Below are positions 22,871-36,825 of a DNA stretch of 64,000 nucleotides, in pieces. This DNA comes from Lingula anatina. Its lineage: Eukaryota; Animalia; Brachiopoda. The notes under the pieces were generated by a model. That model had not been told where the DNA came from. It saw nothing but the letters and a program-made list of their open reading frames with translations, and searched no databases. The stretch covers positions 6,448,001-6,512,000 of the forward strand of contig CM120642.1 in NCBI GenBank assembly GCA_051362555.1, in the 5' to 3' direction. A program made the translations under genes and the position numbers. Position 1 is the first letter of the stretch. Every line of letters begins with the position of its first letter.

Positions 22871-23126
22871 AGGGTTCATTCCCAATGAAACTATTTGTCT
22901 ACGTAGATCGATCCAACTCTGAGGGGACTCTCACTAAATGCAATCAGCTTACCGGATCAACACGCCTCCTCTTGTTTCCAACATACTCGCATAATAACCA
23001 GCTTTTGTGTATTCTACTCAACCCCAGAAAGCTTGATAATCTGTTAATTTGATTGCATTCAGCGAGGGATCCTGCGGAGTTTGATCGATATATATGTAGA
23101 CCGATAGTTATATTGGGAATGCACCC
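22871..23126. mobile_element. MITE with degenerate terminal inverted repeats of about 75 bp
   Basis: AGGGTTCATTCCCAATGAAACTATTTGTCTAC...AATGCAATCA pairs with TGATTGCATT...GTAGACCGATAGTTATATTGGGAATGCACCCT. Confidence 0.7.
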
Positions 23127-24061
23127 TTACATGAACAGGGGGGAGAGAAAAGCATGATAAATTAAAACTTCAATAAACAAATCCATTGAAAAAGTATTGA
23201 AAGCGTGCATTGTATTACCAAAGCTGAGGAAACCCTGAGAACGCCTGTTCAATACGCTCTCCCTGGACCTGCCGCGCAAAAGATTGCCCCGGCTGTTAGA
23301 TGAAAACATTGGTCTACTTCAGCTTATGATAAATGCATAATTTTGCAATTAGATAGTGTGCATATTCATCAGAAATAGGCCTACCAATGTCTTACCCGCT
23401 CCCTAACCTATTGAACAATAACGGCATTATGTCTGAAAATAGGTAGTTTTGATTTATGCGTGAGAGGTGCCTCAGAAGTTTGTCAGCCAAGGTTGTTGTT
23501 GCCGCCCCCTGGCGTATAGTTAGATTTTTTTTTATTGCATATCTCAAAAAAGTACAGATCTCAACAAAAAATACAAAATTGATAAATAACTAAATAAAAA
23601 TCACACTCACTCTCTCACTCACTCACTCACTCACTCACTCACTCACAAAGGGACACTCAGTCATTTGCAATATATATATAGGTACTGTGTCATTTAAAAT
23701 ATGTGTCAACAACGATATATTGATTACCTAATAGTTAAATACTTAATAATACTTAATAAATAATATGATCTAATACAGATGAAAACAGATATGTGTAGGT
23801 ATAGTTAGATCTTAGTAAACATGCCACTCATCGTAGTATGCCTTATGTCATTTTACGAATTTTGTCAGACGGTATGTCTATGAGTCTTGATCCACCCCGG
23901 GCGTAGTTTACACCACCTTTGATGACTGCATTATGACATGGAATACTGAATGTACACCATTTTTAAAGAAATTTTCTTGACAGATTATATGAGTTTTGCA
24001 AACCATACTAGACTTTGACTGAAATATTAAGTAATTAATTCGTCTAATGGATTCATTCTTC

Positions 24062-24111
<50 letters not shown>

Positions 24112-26622
24112 GAACGTCACAAATATCGTTTACATATCTTAGGAGACGTCTAGGCTGCTGGGTACGCCCCCAGCTTAGTGTTGCTGCTGATATGTGTCGT
24201 TCGGAAATGATATTTGAACTAAGTGTTCTCTAAGGGCACCATCGAGTGTTGATATGTTACCTGAGATACCTTCTCTACCCCCATGGTTAATGACCATCAT
24301 GCCCTCCATCTCTACAACAGTGATTTCATTGTGCCTCGTCATTGCCATTTATTGCAATTCAAATCATGAGATTGAATTCGAAACATGTCTTCCCGATGGC
24401 TGTTTGTTTCTTAGCGTACCGTTCGTTATATGGTTATAATTCAAGACACGCACTTTGTAAGTATGACTATTTTTATAACAAGATGTAGTTTTTGTTCGCA
24501 AGCCGCAGGTCAGCGTGACCCAAACGAAAGTGAACCAGAAGAGAATACAGCTAAAATTAGATATTGTTGAGCACGTACGAGTATTGTTAAGCCTGTCCAT
24601 ATTGCAATTCATAGGCTATAGTTATCAGTTCGCTGGTGGATTACTTATTCATTAACAATTCCATTTGCCATCTTTGATAAGTCATAAAAGATCTGAATAT
24701 TGCAGAAATAAAAACATGCTCACCTTGAAACTAGTTTAAGCACAAATAGATCCAAGAGGGCAGAAAAATCAAACATGCCAGCAAAACTGTAATTCATTAA
24801 GGCTATTGAATGATTCAACATGATATAGTCGTAGTATTAAAGTATATATGTACATTTTGTGATGTTTGTCACAATATGTAAAAAGTGGTCAATATTCAGA
24901 TATTCAAGTCACACAGCGAGTGTAAAATCTCACTCCTACCGCCACGAACTTTTGAACTCAGGAAGGGGTCTAAAGGTCTTACTCTTCTCAATGTATTTGC
25001 CTAGGGTACAGCTAGCGCGCACTGTATGTATTTAAGATTGCGTGCTTTTTGATTTACTTACTGAAGTATAGTTTCTCAGGTCAGTAATGTATTATTGGTT
25101 ATGAAATATGGAATATTTTTTATCATTTTTACAACTTCAACTTTTTGGTTGTTAAGATTAAAAAAAACTTTTCAAAAACATATTTTTTTTCTCGCTTTTT
25201 TAAATCTTGTATGAATATGTCTGCATTATTTTTAATTCGCAAAATACAATCGTTTGAGAGAAGACAATGATAACTGTTAGGGTGTTTGGAGTTTAGAGAT
25301 TTTGCTGCACAAAGGGATACACGCACATGTTAGATAAAAAACGCTTACAATCTTAAAGGAACGACCATATAGTACGGCGCCATTGAACTAGGAGAAAATG
25401 TTTCTGATTACTATATTCACTTGTGGTAATAATGCTATGAAACAAATTCTGTTTCGATGCTTCTATCGAAAGGAGGCCCTTTTTCTATCTCAAGAGTATT
25501 GTAGCATGCTTTCTTTCTTTGTTTTTATTCAAGAGACATAGAAACGGCATCCCAGTGAGCAATATAGTGGATTAAATACATGTATAATTATCACGCAAAA
25601 ATAGAAATAGGAAAATAAACGATAAAAATTTAATCAAAACAACTTTAATTTTTAATCCTAGAAAAAATTCTAATGCCGGGGTATTTTAGCGTGACTACAT
25701 GAAAAGGCATAGTGCTTGGCGATCAAATACTTATATTTTGCTAAAATGTTTATTTAATTCCAAACCGTTCGTATACGTGGCCAGGAAACAAGCCTAAAAT
25801 TAGAAATGAAATAATTTTAGAACATTTTAGAAAATTAGAAATGAATTAAGGGATGCTTATGTAAGTGTGGCATGTTCTTATGGACCACGGTAAAAACGCG
25901 CTTCTTGTTAGTCTTGCTTTCAACTTTTGACTGACAACGGAGCCGCTCGACTAATACGATTCATGTATAAAGATATTGATAACACTAACGACACGCCATT
26001 TATTTTTGTCTCATCCTGATCGAACGTGTTTTCTGTAATTCTTCATCCGACCATACCAAATGGTAACGTTTGATAAGGGACACAGCGTCAGATTGAAATG
26101 ATAAGATAGAAGAAACGACAGAAACACGGCGACTCATTTTTGCTAAGAGTTTAAAAGTAAGGTATCCATGTTACCCTCGGTGACAGGAGAAGGCCGTCTT
26201 TGTCACCTTGGTTTCTGTCGAATAGCTTAGACCAAAGATTGCTTCAATTAAATGTAACCAAATAATTTTCAAATGAAATGCTTATGCCAGAGTACTATCT
26301 TCAAATTACAAAAGTAAGTTTGAGCTTCTTCTTGATTTCAAATCCACCGTCTTATGTCCGCTTATCATAAAAAGTAGGCTATGTCAATATCGGTTTACAT
26401 CATCATCATAAAAATAGATTGGAGCTCAGTGTAACAGTAACATTTTCCTTAATGGGAAGAAACAGCTAGATAACTCCAAATGATGACATCACCTTGACCT
26501 GACATGGGGTTATTGCATGCTTCAATTCTTCATGATTTTATCTTTTTTTCTGTCAAGACAGATCTTGTCACGAAAAAAAAAAAAAAAAAAAAAAAAACGC
26601 TGACGGGACGCCAGCCCGTCTC

Positions 26623-26631
26623 TATATAAAG
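26623..26631 (+). promoter_or_regulatory. TATA box of the small secreted peptide gene
   Basis: TATATAAAG about 70-80 bp upstream of an ATG in good Kozak context (CCACGATG). Confidence 0.7.
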
Positions 26632-26700
26632 AGGTACTGTAGGCGCCTATTCTACGGCAGAAATAAAAGACATCTGTGTCGTCCACCACCACTGACCACG

Positions 26701-26877
26701 ATGAATTTGCTGAAATACCTTTTGGTTTTCATTGTTATCATTGCCGCTGTCGGTGCAGGCTACAGAGGCTACCGCCGTCGTAGAGGGTCTTCTAATGGCA
26801 ATGGGTACAAGCGGCGTTATTACAAGCCTTTTGAAGGTTCAGGAGACGATGTGAAGCGTTACTACTACTTTGGATAG
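26701..26877 (+). CDS. Small secreted Tyr/Arg/Gly-rich peptide precursor (58 aa), function unknown
   Basis: MNLLKYLLVFIVIIAAVGA-GYRGYRRRRGSSNGNGYKRRYYKPFEGSGDDVKRYYYFG*. Clear signal peptide, TATA box and Kozak context; 3'UTR intron 26903-27585 (GAG|GTAAGT ... TTTTATTTCAG|); AATAAA at 27811 and 27883. Confidence 0.85.
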   Translation: MNLLKYLLVFIVIIAAVGAGYRGYRRRRGSSNGNGYKRRYYKPFEGSGDDVKRYYYFG

Positions 26878-29226
26878 TGCCTTATCATAGCAGTTTACTG
26901 AGGTAAGTAAAATAGTTTTTTAGACGTATGTATTTATGGAAAAAGCAGTGACACTCGGCAGAAAAGATAATCATATTTAAGACAGCGATCTACTCATTTT
27001 GCATGTTGTTTTCAACCTCAATTATTGTTTTTAACGCCACGGAGTAGTGTAAACCGAAACTGCTTTGAATGAAGAATATCTTGTACGTGAATTTTTGAGA
27101 AGTTAAGATTTAAAGTATTAAACGCTTTTCCTCATCAAATATATGAGAAATGGTGAATATTACATTAAAACATATGGAGCAAAATTTGGCGACTTACCAA
27201 TCAACTGACGAGATATGTTAGTTAATTTACAAAATTGTTGTTCGCACTAGTTCGCGCTAGTTTGCGCTGTTAAGGGCATGCAATTACATTGTACAGCAAA
27301 AATCAAATTTTCTTGGAAATCAGACCGTTTTCCCTCTATCAAAACGGTGTCCCATCCTCAAAAAAGTTTCACAGAATTACGGTCTTTAAATTTCGAATTC
27401 TAAAATGGGATTATTTATAGCAATTTTCTCAAGGGTTAAAAGTAGGGTAAAATTTGATGATAAAGAAAAATTCCCAGGAAATGATTATAATTTGTTAAAA
27501 AAGAGCTTTCGCGCATTGTCTACAATTAATGTCTTAAATGTTTCTTACAGCAGTTTTTAAAGTAGGCTATTATTTTTTATTTCAGGGATTACAGGGTACC
27601 ACTAGAATTACCTTATCGCAGACTTATATCGCTGTTTATCATCACCAGTGGCAAAACTGTGCATGGACGTACACGGGCATCACGCTTTTGACTGGCTTTC
27701 ATCAAATGTTCCAACTCTGGGTTTGAATGGACAGCCAAACATTTGGCAAATCTTATGAAAAGCCAGACACACTAGTCCGGTGAACGGGTGGAGGCTTATC
27801 CGCAAACGCCAATAAAGACGTTGCCTTTGATGTGCTCTGTTTATTCCGATTCTTGCTTCCTGCGTCTCCCTCAGTTGTATTCAATAAATGATAATTAAAT
27901 TTGCAAAAACTATTGTGCCAATTTCAATTCATTTTTTTGTTCTGTTATGTTTTGTATTCTGTTTTACCTTTATGTATAGTAAGCTTAGAAACGGTTACGC
28001 ACAATAAGAGATGAACTCAGAAATTATGTGAAATTAAATATGAACTATGGAAAACCCAAATATAAATTTTCAATTACTATTTTACACATAATGATTTCAG
28101 ATGATTAAATAATGATGAAAATAATGGTAAGTCAAACGGCGTAGCTATGTTTTACACAGTGTCTACAGTTTTTAAAAAATATATCTTTTACTTTTTTTGT
28201 TTAATCGCCAGCATTGAGACCGTGAACTAAAGTAACTTCTGATAATTAGCATTCGGGTTTGAAAAAAAAAAGAAGAAAAAAAACAAAAAAACAAGCCTAT
28301 CAGACCTGTGGTGTATAAGGATACGGATTAAAAAAAAGAAAAAAGAAAGAAAAAAAAAATAAAGACATTGGCCGCCGAGATTTAGCCTTTTAGAGAACAC
28401 CAAAGCTAAGTGTGGTTATTATTCTTACTGGCAATTACTGTAAAACTTTACACACAAAAGTGTTATGGCATAAAAGAGGCATAAAGGCATAAGTTTGTAG
28501 AAAATGCGTCTTCGTGTAACTTGCAGAAAACAAGTGTAAAGAAGCAAGTTAACTTGTTCCGTGAGACTTTTTTATACCACCATCAAAGATTCTAGTTCTC
28601 CACATCTAGAAATTACGCTCGATATTTACAGAACGCACTTCGATTTGTATATTTTATTAAGTAAAACATTAGTTAGGCACGTTTTCAGAAGGATTAAATC
28701 TGCACCGTTGAAGCCATTCTGTGTGTCGCATCCCTTTTAATAGCTCCTCTACCGCAATCGCTCACACTGGAAGCCTTGCAATATTTTTGAGAATAATGAA
28801 TTTTCGAAATGGTAACAACATTCAAAATGGAAACCCAAAAACATGACAAATATAAGCCAAGTGCCGGATAAGTGTAAAACGCTCATTCAAATTCAGTTAT
28901 ACAATACAATTTTCATTATCATAAACTGATGAATTTATCATGTTTTTAAACTTTGACAAATGAATAGGTCATATATTGTGTTTCAAAATAATAAATGATA
29001 TCATACTGGCTTAGCGTATAGATATACCCATAAATATAAAATGATTTTTGACTTAAATATACGGGCATGCCTAGTGATATTGTTCACAGTGCACAGGTAT
29101 GCTTTTACATGCAAAATAATACTGTAGCATACTTCACCTATTTACAAGAAGATCTCAGGCAAATACACACTTTTAATAAAAATACTTATGAAAGACTATA
29201 CATTTTCCATGCAGTGAAGTCCATTT

Positions 29227-30954
29227 TTAAATGCTGATAGAGTTTGGAATGTGCTCGGGATCCAAGTAAGGGTAGGAGGGATACCGCCTCTTATTCTTAT
29301 CTTTAATTTGCTGGCTCAGCTCAGCCAATTCTTGCCTAAATCTGTGAAGAAAAAAGACAGACATTATATATCTGACTATCAGTAATTTCATTTATAACGC
29401 AAGTAAAAACCAATAATAAACAGAAGAATAACAAATATAAGACAGGTAACCAGAAGTTCTATGTACCCTTGAATAAGTTACATTTTTCACCATCTCATGT
29501 TGGTAATCACAAACATTTATCACATAATATGGGCTTTATATTTCTAATATTATAACAGTATTTTATACAAACGTTTGAAGGAAGCAAAATATTGGTAGTA
29601 TTGTCCTTTCATTAACTACACCGCCTTATACAGTATACGTACGTCTCTGCAGCTTTAACCGAGACGGGATCATAAAGGTATTGCACTTCAAAATCGCCAA
29701 GGCTGTTTGTGCCCTTCTCACTCAAAATCTTGGTGACCACCATAACGTCTAACGTCTGTCTCTTGGAAGACAGGCTCTGCAGGATGTCTTCTTCCGACAG
29801 AGGGTTCTGAGAAAAAAAAAAGAAAGTGGATCCATAGATGTGCACCAATAATCTCGTCATTAACACAGCAAATGTACTTGATTTGCGACAAAGTGTTTCG
29901 TCTTCAGTTCAAACCTGATAATTACAACTGTAAATTATTTGTTACAACTATATGTATGTTAACGCAAGCTGAAACTGATTGTGAAAACATGTTTTCTTGC
30001 CCTCTGATACATTGGATCACTGTTACAGAACTGAAGAAGAGGCCCTTGTTCGATCTAAGTGATCAAGCATTAATATCTTAATCTACATTGAAAGCATGAA
30101 TCACTAAGAAGCGTTAAAGGTACCTTATTTGTTGGCACTTGGCCCTTGATGAATGGCGGGTAGTTGGGCGGAAATGCGTACTCTGCATACTGTGGGAAGT
30201 TAGCTGCGGCATGTCCCACACTAGCCAAGAAAACGACAGAAGTACAGGTCACTATCAGTTCTTCATTACTGCTGAATGTCCCACTTCCAGGTATCCCCTA
30301 AAATAAAAACGATACCAGATGATGTTGATGACGTATTTGAAATTCTGGAAAATAAAATAACGCCATCAGCAGCACTCTCCAGAGTGATCAAGGCGATGAG
30401 TGATGTCCAAAAGCATTCACAATCTTTCGTCGTGGGTACGATGTTGGTTCGTCTGTTTGTTTGTGGTCAAGATATGTTTTTAAATTTCGACGGAAATTTC
30501 CAGACAGTTATTCAGGAGAGAAAAGAAGCATATTAATTTCAAGTAAATCATCCCGTTTTTCTTTTTTTCCTTGGTAAAGGGTCTGCGCTCTTGGAGTGCT
30601 TTCTACTCTTAGCTCAGTGTATATTACTTGGTTGGTGCGACGTTAAACTGTGATAAGACATATCAATTTCAATTAATCACTCATCAACAACCCACCTTGA
30701 TTCCTATTCCTCCTTTCTCTCGCTCCAGTTCCAGCTCCTGCCGCCAGCTCTTCAGTTCGTAATCCTCCAACATTTTCTCTGGTGAATCTGAATACAATAT
30801 GAAACAGGGGGCTATCGATGGGAAGTTTTAAATTACCATCAGGCTACTAGTGGATGTTAAGATTACAAAAGAGAAATGAATGTGATTGAACAACAGCAAT
30901 TTTAAAAAAGACAAAACAAATAAATGACAATCATTTGCTAAATTCATATTTAAC

Positions 30955-30985
<31 letters not shown>

Positions 30986-31438
30986 CGAGTATAAAAGACT
31001 TATGTGAATGCAATTTCAGTCACGACAGTTGAACTACCACACAAGGAATTTGAAAGTGCGCGCGTGCATATACAGGGGGTAAGTAGATGAGTAGATGAGA
31101 AGAAGATAAAGTTTGATTTGAGAAACAAATTAGAAACTATCATATTAAGTATATCTGTACCTTCCTTTACAATGCGTTGTACACACGTCAGGAACTTACC
31201 ATAGAAATGGTTTATGATCTGGCCGACATACTTCTTGATAATCCAATACAAAGGCAGGGCATCCTCGCGGTAGTAAAAGTTTGGAAGCACATTTTCATCC
31301 AGTAGCTGTCAGACAGAATAAGAAATGTTATGAATATCGGGTTGACAGGAACACAGTAATCTACAAATTCTTAGTGTACTATTGCATTGTTGAATATTGT
31401 GGGCTAAATTACCGATACATTTGATTAACGGAGAAATG

Positions 31439-31479
<41 letters not shown>

Positions 31480-31977
31480 AGTTTAGTGTTATGTGTAAAT
31501 GAAAACGGGGAGCCCTGCACTGTTAACATTCTGAAGGAGGGTGAAAGTAATAAAAGGAGCGTTTCACGCTAACAGTGCATTCTGGGGAACACAGAAGCCC
31601 ATGGCCTACTGGTACATGTAGTAATTAATTAAAGCTACTGAATTTCAACTTCAAAACCATTAAGGCATTACTTATCTGTCGTGTTCAGTCAAATTAAAGT
31701 CCCGATGAAAAGTGTTAGGGAACTTAAACTTTGAGGCGTGGACGTTTTTTATCTATTCAATTTAATCTAGCAACTGGGAAAACCCTTGGAGAACTGATAT
31801 ATTGTGGTAGTTGAGGGACATCCATTGCACACGGTTCTGGTCATTAGTCTTATCTTGCAATGGTGAAGAATTCTTTAAGAATTCTTGGATCCAGAAAATC
31901 TTGTCACATTAAAGCCCATTTCTGTCTTACTCAGAAAAAGTTAACCAAACTTTTTGAGTTAGGCTAGCTACAGTGAA

Positions 31978-32016
<39 letters not shown>

Positions 32017-32688
32017 ATACATTTAAAAAAGAACAAACAAACACACGGCGGGAAAAACAATTTTCTTGTTGGGAAAAATTCCTCGTCACTTACTCCTCGT
32101 GCCTCCAAATGTTTCGGCAGAGTGCCATCGATGTCCAGTCGCCAGTCCACAATCCTGTAAAATGATTGCACAGTATACATGTATAATAATGCAATTGTTT
32201 ATGTAAATACATCCAGATGTTGTTTAAAACAAATTTAAGAATGAAAAATTATAATCACATACTGGGCTCCGTAACTCGAAAGCATCGCGAATTGCGATAG
32301 CGATATCACCTTTTATTTCGAAGCTATTATATGGAGCGAGTAAATCCTGAGTTATGGGATAGAGGCGCTTGCACTCGGTCGCAATTTGCGATGCTTTCGA
32401 GTTACGGAGCCCTGAACACTGACGCAAAGGTGGTATGAACGTTGATTCGCCAGCGCCTATCTCTCCTGGACTTTTTCAGGGAACTGAGCTGTGCTCTCTC
32501 TCTCTCTCTCTGTCTCTCTCATATTGCAACTTACGCTTTTGCGACGACATCAAACATGCCCAATCGCCCACTGCTCATAGTTTTATCCACCCAGCCGTTC
32601 TCGCTGACCAACGAACTAACTGCAAGGCTGAAAAATAATAGGAGCACTCGCTGTTTAGGTCACAAAGCAATCGCATTTATTATATACT

Positions 32689-32722
<34 letters not shown>

Positions 32723-34120
32723 GGACACATACAGTGAGAGGAGGTAGGACCCAAGGTGAAGGCATGGCAATTGTGAATGGAAATACATGTACTATACTAT
32801 ACTATACTATACTATACTATACTATACTATACTATACTATACTATACTATACTATACTATACATTTGGCATAAACAATATATCCTTTAATAGTCAAAAAT
32901 ACAGAAGAACGAAATGAAAGGGAGCAAACTTCCGAATATAAAGGTAAACTGCATATTCAGTGATGCGAAATTATGAATCCAAAATCAATCAATCAATTTC
33001 CTTACTCGTTGATGGCGATAAGATAGAGAAAGTGCGGTGCCAGCAGTCTGAAGATCGGGTGAGAAGGAGAAAGGTTCCTGTGGGTCGCCAAGGCAACGCC
33101 TTCGATCAAAAGATGCGTGAACCCTAAATTCAGACAAAAAACAAATCGAACTGACACATTGAATCGACTTAAAATAAAAGCTTAACGTTATATTACAGAA
33201 ACGTTATTAAACAGCTGTTTCCTAATTCAAGCATTGAGACTCTCAAATCACCGCCGATATACTTTCAAGAAGTTAAACGTATTTCTACATTAAGGTTTAT
33301 TCGAATGTGCTTAAACGTTTGTGAGACTTTTCGTGGTGGGTAAAGTTGTGTTTGGCTTTGGATGTACTGACGGATCCAGAGGTCTGGGATTGGGAGGAAA
33401 ACAAAATTTTCTACATGCAGGCTACGAGGATGGAAAATTACTTGGTTTTGTCTCTTTTAGCTTGTTCTGATTTTTTTTGGCAGGGGGGGGGGGGGGGTTG
33501 GAGAGAGCAGGGGGCACCTTCAAAACTAAGGGGAGGGTGTTAAAATGAGTGGCCCAAAGAACCACCTGGATCCGCCATTGCGATGTGTGACCGCCAATAT
33601 TCAAATGTTCACCCACCCAGGTGAGTAACAACCTGATGGAAGGTGGCGTCAGCATTGTTGTAGTACATCTTAGCGTACAGCCAGGTCATAGGGTGGTCAC
33701 TGGGCAAGAACACCTGCATTGAAAAAAACCGTGGCTGCAATAAGATCGATTATAAAAATTATTGCCCAACACCCCCCGCCCCCACCTACCAGTAGGCGAG
33801 ATTTAAATCCATTTAAACAGAACACCTTTGTTAAGAAATTTGATAGATCCAGATATTTACCAGGTTATTACCTGTTCACCTTCACCTGCACAGGTAATTC
33901 AGTTGTGACCAAGTCTGTCAGAGTGAACAGACGAAACAGTCAACAGGTAAATCAGATATCTGGATCTATCATAAATGAAAACATTCTGACTAATATTACA
34001 TTTACTTGGCTTGTGCATGGACCAGTGTTCTACCAAGCATAATAAAAACATGTAAGAGCCACAAGTTAAAATGAATACACTTAATTTAGTATTTAGATTT
34101 TGTTGTTCTAATTTCTTTTG

Positions 34121-34192
<72 letters not shown>

Positions 34193-34720
34193 GCACGTAT
34201 ATCAACCATGCATGTAAATGAAGTCCGTCAAGTAGAAAAACGTGTGTAAATTATACGAACTTGGAACACGTACATTGTACATGAATATTCTTCATGATGG
34301 CTGAGGCTAGACTACAAGCAAAAGGTTTTGTACATGTATTCCGTTCCTGTTTATGAGAAATTATTTGGAATATTCATCAGTCATATTGCTGCGTAGCCTC
34401 TGTCAGGCATGCAAAACCCGTATCAGGTATAACTCAACTACTTCATTCTGGTTCTTGAATGATAGATAACTTTCAAACTGCCACGTTACTATATTTGACC
34501 CCTTTTATTCGGAGAACCTGTGGCCCAAAATAGTAGCAGCTCATGGAGAAAGTTCATAGAGCCATGTGGACCGCGTTAGAGGTATGTCATAATTGATGTC
34601 TTTGTTTATTCAGTTATTTTCTTTGCCTGTATGCAGCCAGATAGATGACTATGGTAGAGGCAGATGGCAGGGTTTGCCTAACAGTTAATTATCTTTGAGA
34701 CCAGTTAGATATATCATGTT

Positions 34721-34754
<34 letters not shown>

Positions 34755-36790
34755 GAGAGTATGTGCGCGTGCGTGTGAGAGAGTGTGTAAATGTGTGTGC
34801 GTGTGTGCATGTGTGTGTGTGTGTGAGTGTGTGTGTGAGAGAGAAATAGAGGGGAGATGGAGAGTGTGTATGTGTGTGTGTGCGCGTTTGTGAGAGAGTG
34901 TGTGTACATATGGTCGCGTGTGTGCATGCGTGTGTGCGTGTGTGTGTGTGTGTGTCTGTGTGAAAGAGATAGAGAGGGGTGGCGTGCTTGAGTACTCATG
35001 TGTAGTCACTTAATTACACGTATCATCACTATCAACGTCATAAAATTATGACAGGAGTGTCCATTGTGGTAAATCTTGGTGTGGTAACAGAACATGTTAG
35101 TAATTTCTTGGTGTTGGTAGATATGAGTCGCCTATTGCCAACCGTTTTAAAATGGGGTAGGTCACACAACTAGAAAAAAAAAAACAATTAGCCAACGTAA
35201 CAAGCCTACGGTGCAAACTAGTTAACAAGGATAAAAGAAGACCAAAATAGTCTTTATGGATTTAAAAAGTACCTAATTATGATAAAAATTAGATAACTAG
35301 AGTGACAAGTAATTGTAATGACCTTGGAGCTAATATCACTTGACTGCTTGACCATGACAAAGTACCAAAATGCATAGGAGAGGGTGTTTAAGTTGGCATA
35401 TCATGAAAACTGGGTAACTTAGAAACTTGTGAGAGGTATCATTTATAATGTTCAAAGGCAAGGCCATTCATTGGCAAAAAGGTTGGAAGTCGTCAGAGGT
35501 CAAGGTCGTGCCTAAATGCCAAGGTCATTCTCGAGAAGGGACCAAAATAGCTTAAAATATAGCATCAACTTTCTTAATTCTTTCAAAAATGAACTTTTTA
35601 TGATTTCTATAGCTCCTACTGAGAACTGCATACCAGAGACCACCTTTGTGAATGTTGCATTTAACTGACCAAGGGTAAAATAATGTATGTCAAGGTCAAA
35701 TTTGCAGCCAAACACCTACAAAAGTGGCATTTCTGATCCTATAACAGTCGAACTAAAGAAATCAAAATGTACAAGATTAAAGTCGTGAAATAAAAACGAG
35801 AGTAATTTGTTGATCATAAGAGGCCAAGGTCATGTTTGTGTGTCAAAGACCGCATTCTCAACGAATTGAGCCAGGCTTTACAAATCCCGAGAACTAAAAA
35901 TGGCGGACGTACATGAAAGAAAAACCGCCTAATCTTTTAATAGTCTCTCCGCCTCTCACACGCCTCCCCACACGTCGTCCCTGCGGGGTACAGTAATTAA
36001 ATCTCGGCTCCGAACATGAATATCTCCGTGAATATCTCTGGTGATATTATCTCCGTAGGTAGTCGATTTATTGCTGCTCTACGGGCCAATTCATTCTTTT
36101 TTCGTCTCTGTTTTGAAAGATAATAGAACAGAAGAGCTTTTTTTCTTTCGATCGCCTTCAGCCGGCATGCTTTCTTCACCACGAGTTTAACTGATGAGCA
36201 TGCGCACTTAATATTTCTCAGGTAGCTTCCGCATGGCGAACGGAGCCGAGATTTAATTACTGTACCCCGCAGCCTGGCTCAATTCGTTGAGAATGCGGTC
36301 AAAGTTAGTCTCGAACTGGGATCAAAATGGTCTTAAATACGTCCAACTATAATTTTCATAGAAAGAAATTATTTATTAAGCAATTTGGTCAAAAGGCAAT
36401 CATTTTAAAGTGGGATTCAACTGAACAAAGGTAAAGGAACTAAGTGTTTAAGTCAAATGGGCACGAACGTAATTAAAACAGTTAAATAAAAAATACCTGA
36501 AATGTCATTTCTCTCAAATTTTACGTACAGATGATGAGGCCTCTTAATAATATATGTGATCAGATTTACGGATTGCATGGCGCAGAATTAGATAATGTCT
36601 TAAGGTTAAACTTAAAACAAGGTCAAACCTAAAATGGCATGTCTCAATATAACTTCAATAAGTAAGACAAATACAACATTCAACCAGATCATTAGTGTAT
36701 TTATCATAATTATTGTTACTTCATGTTCTAACTTCAAGTAAAAGTATTTGAACTCCTTTTGCTAATCAATTGTTCATTTCACAAATTTCT

Positions 36791-36825
<35 letters not shown>

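Noticed and set aside
34685-35009. His/Thr-rich ORFs (also near 40776-41116 and 47487-47799) resembling metal-binding proteins
   Set aside because: They are GA/GT microsatellite blocks duplicated with the repeat unit, and their frames are not conserved between copies.
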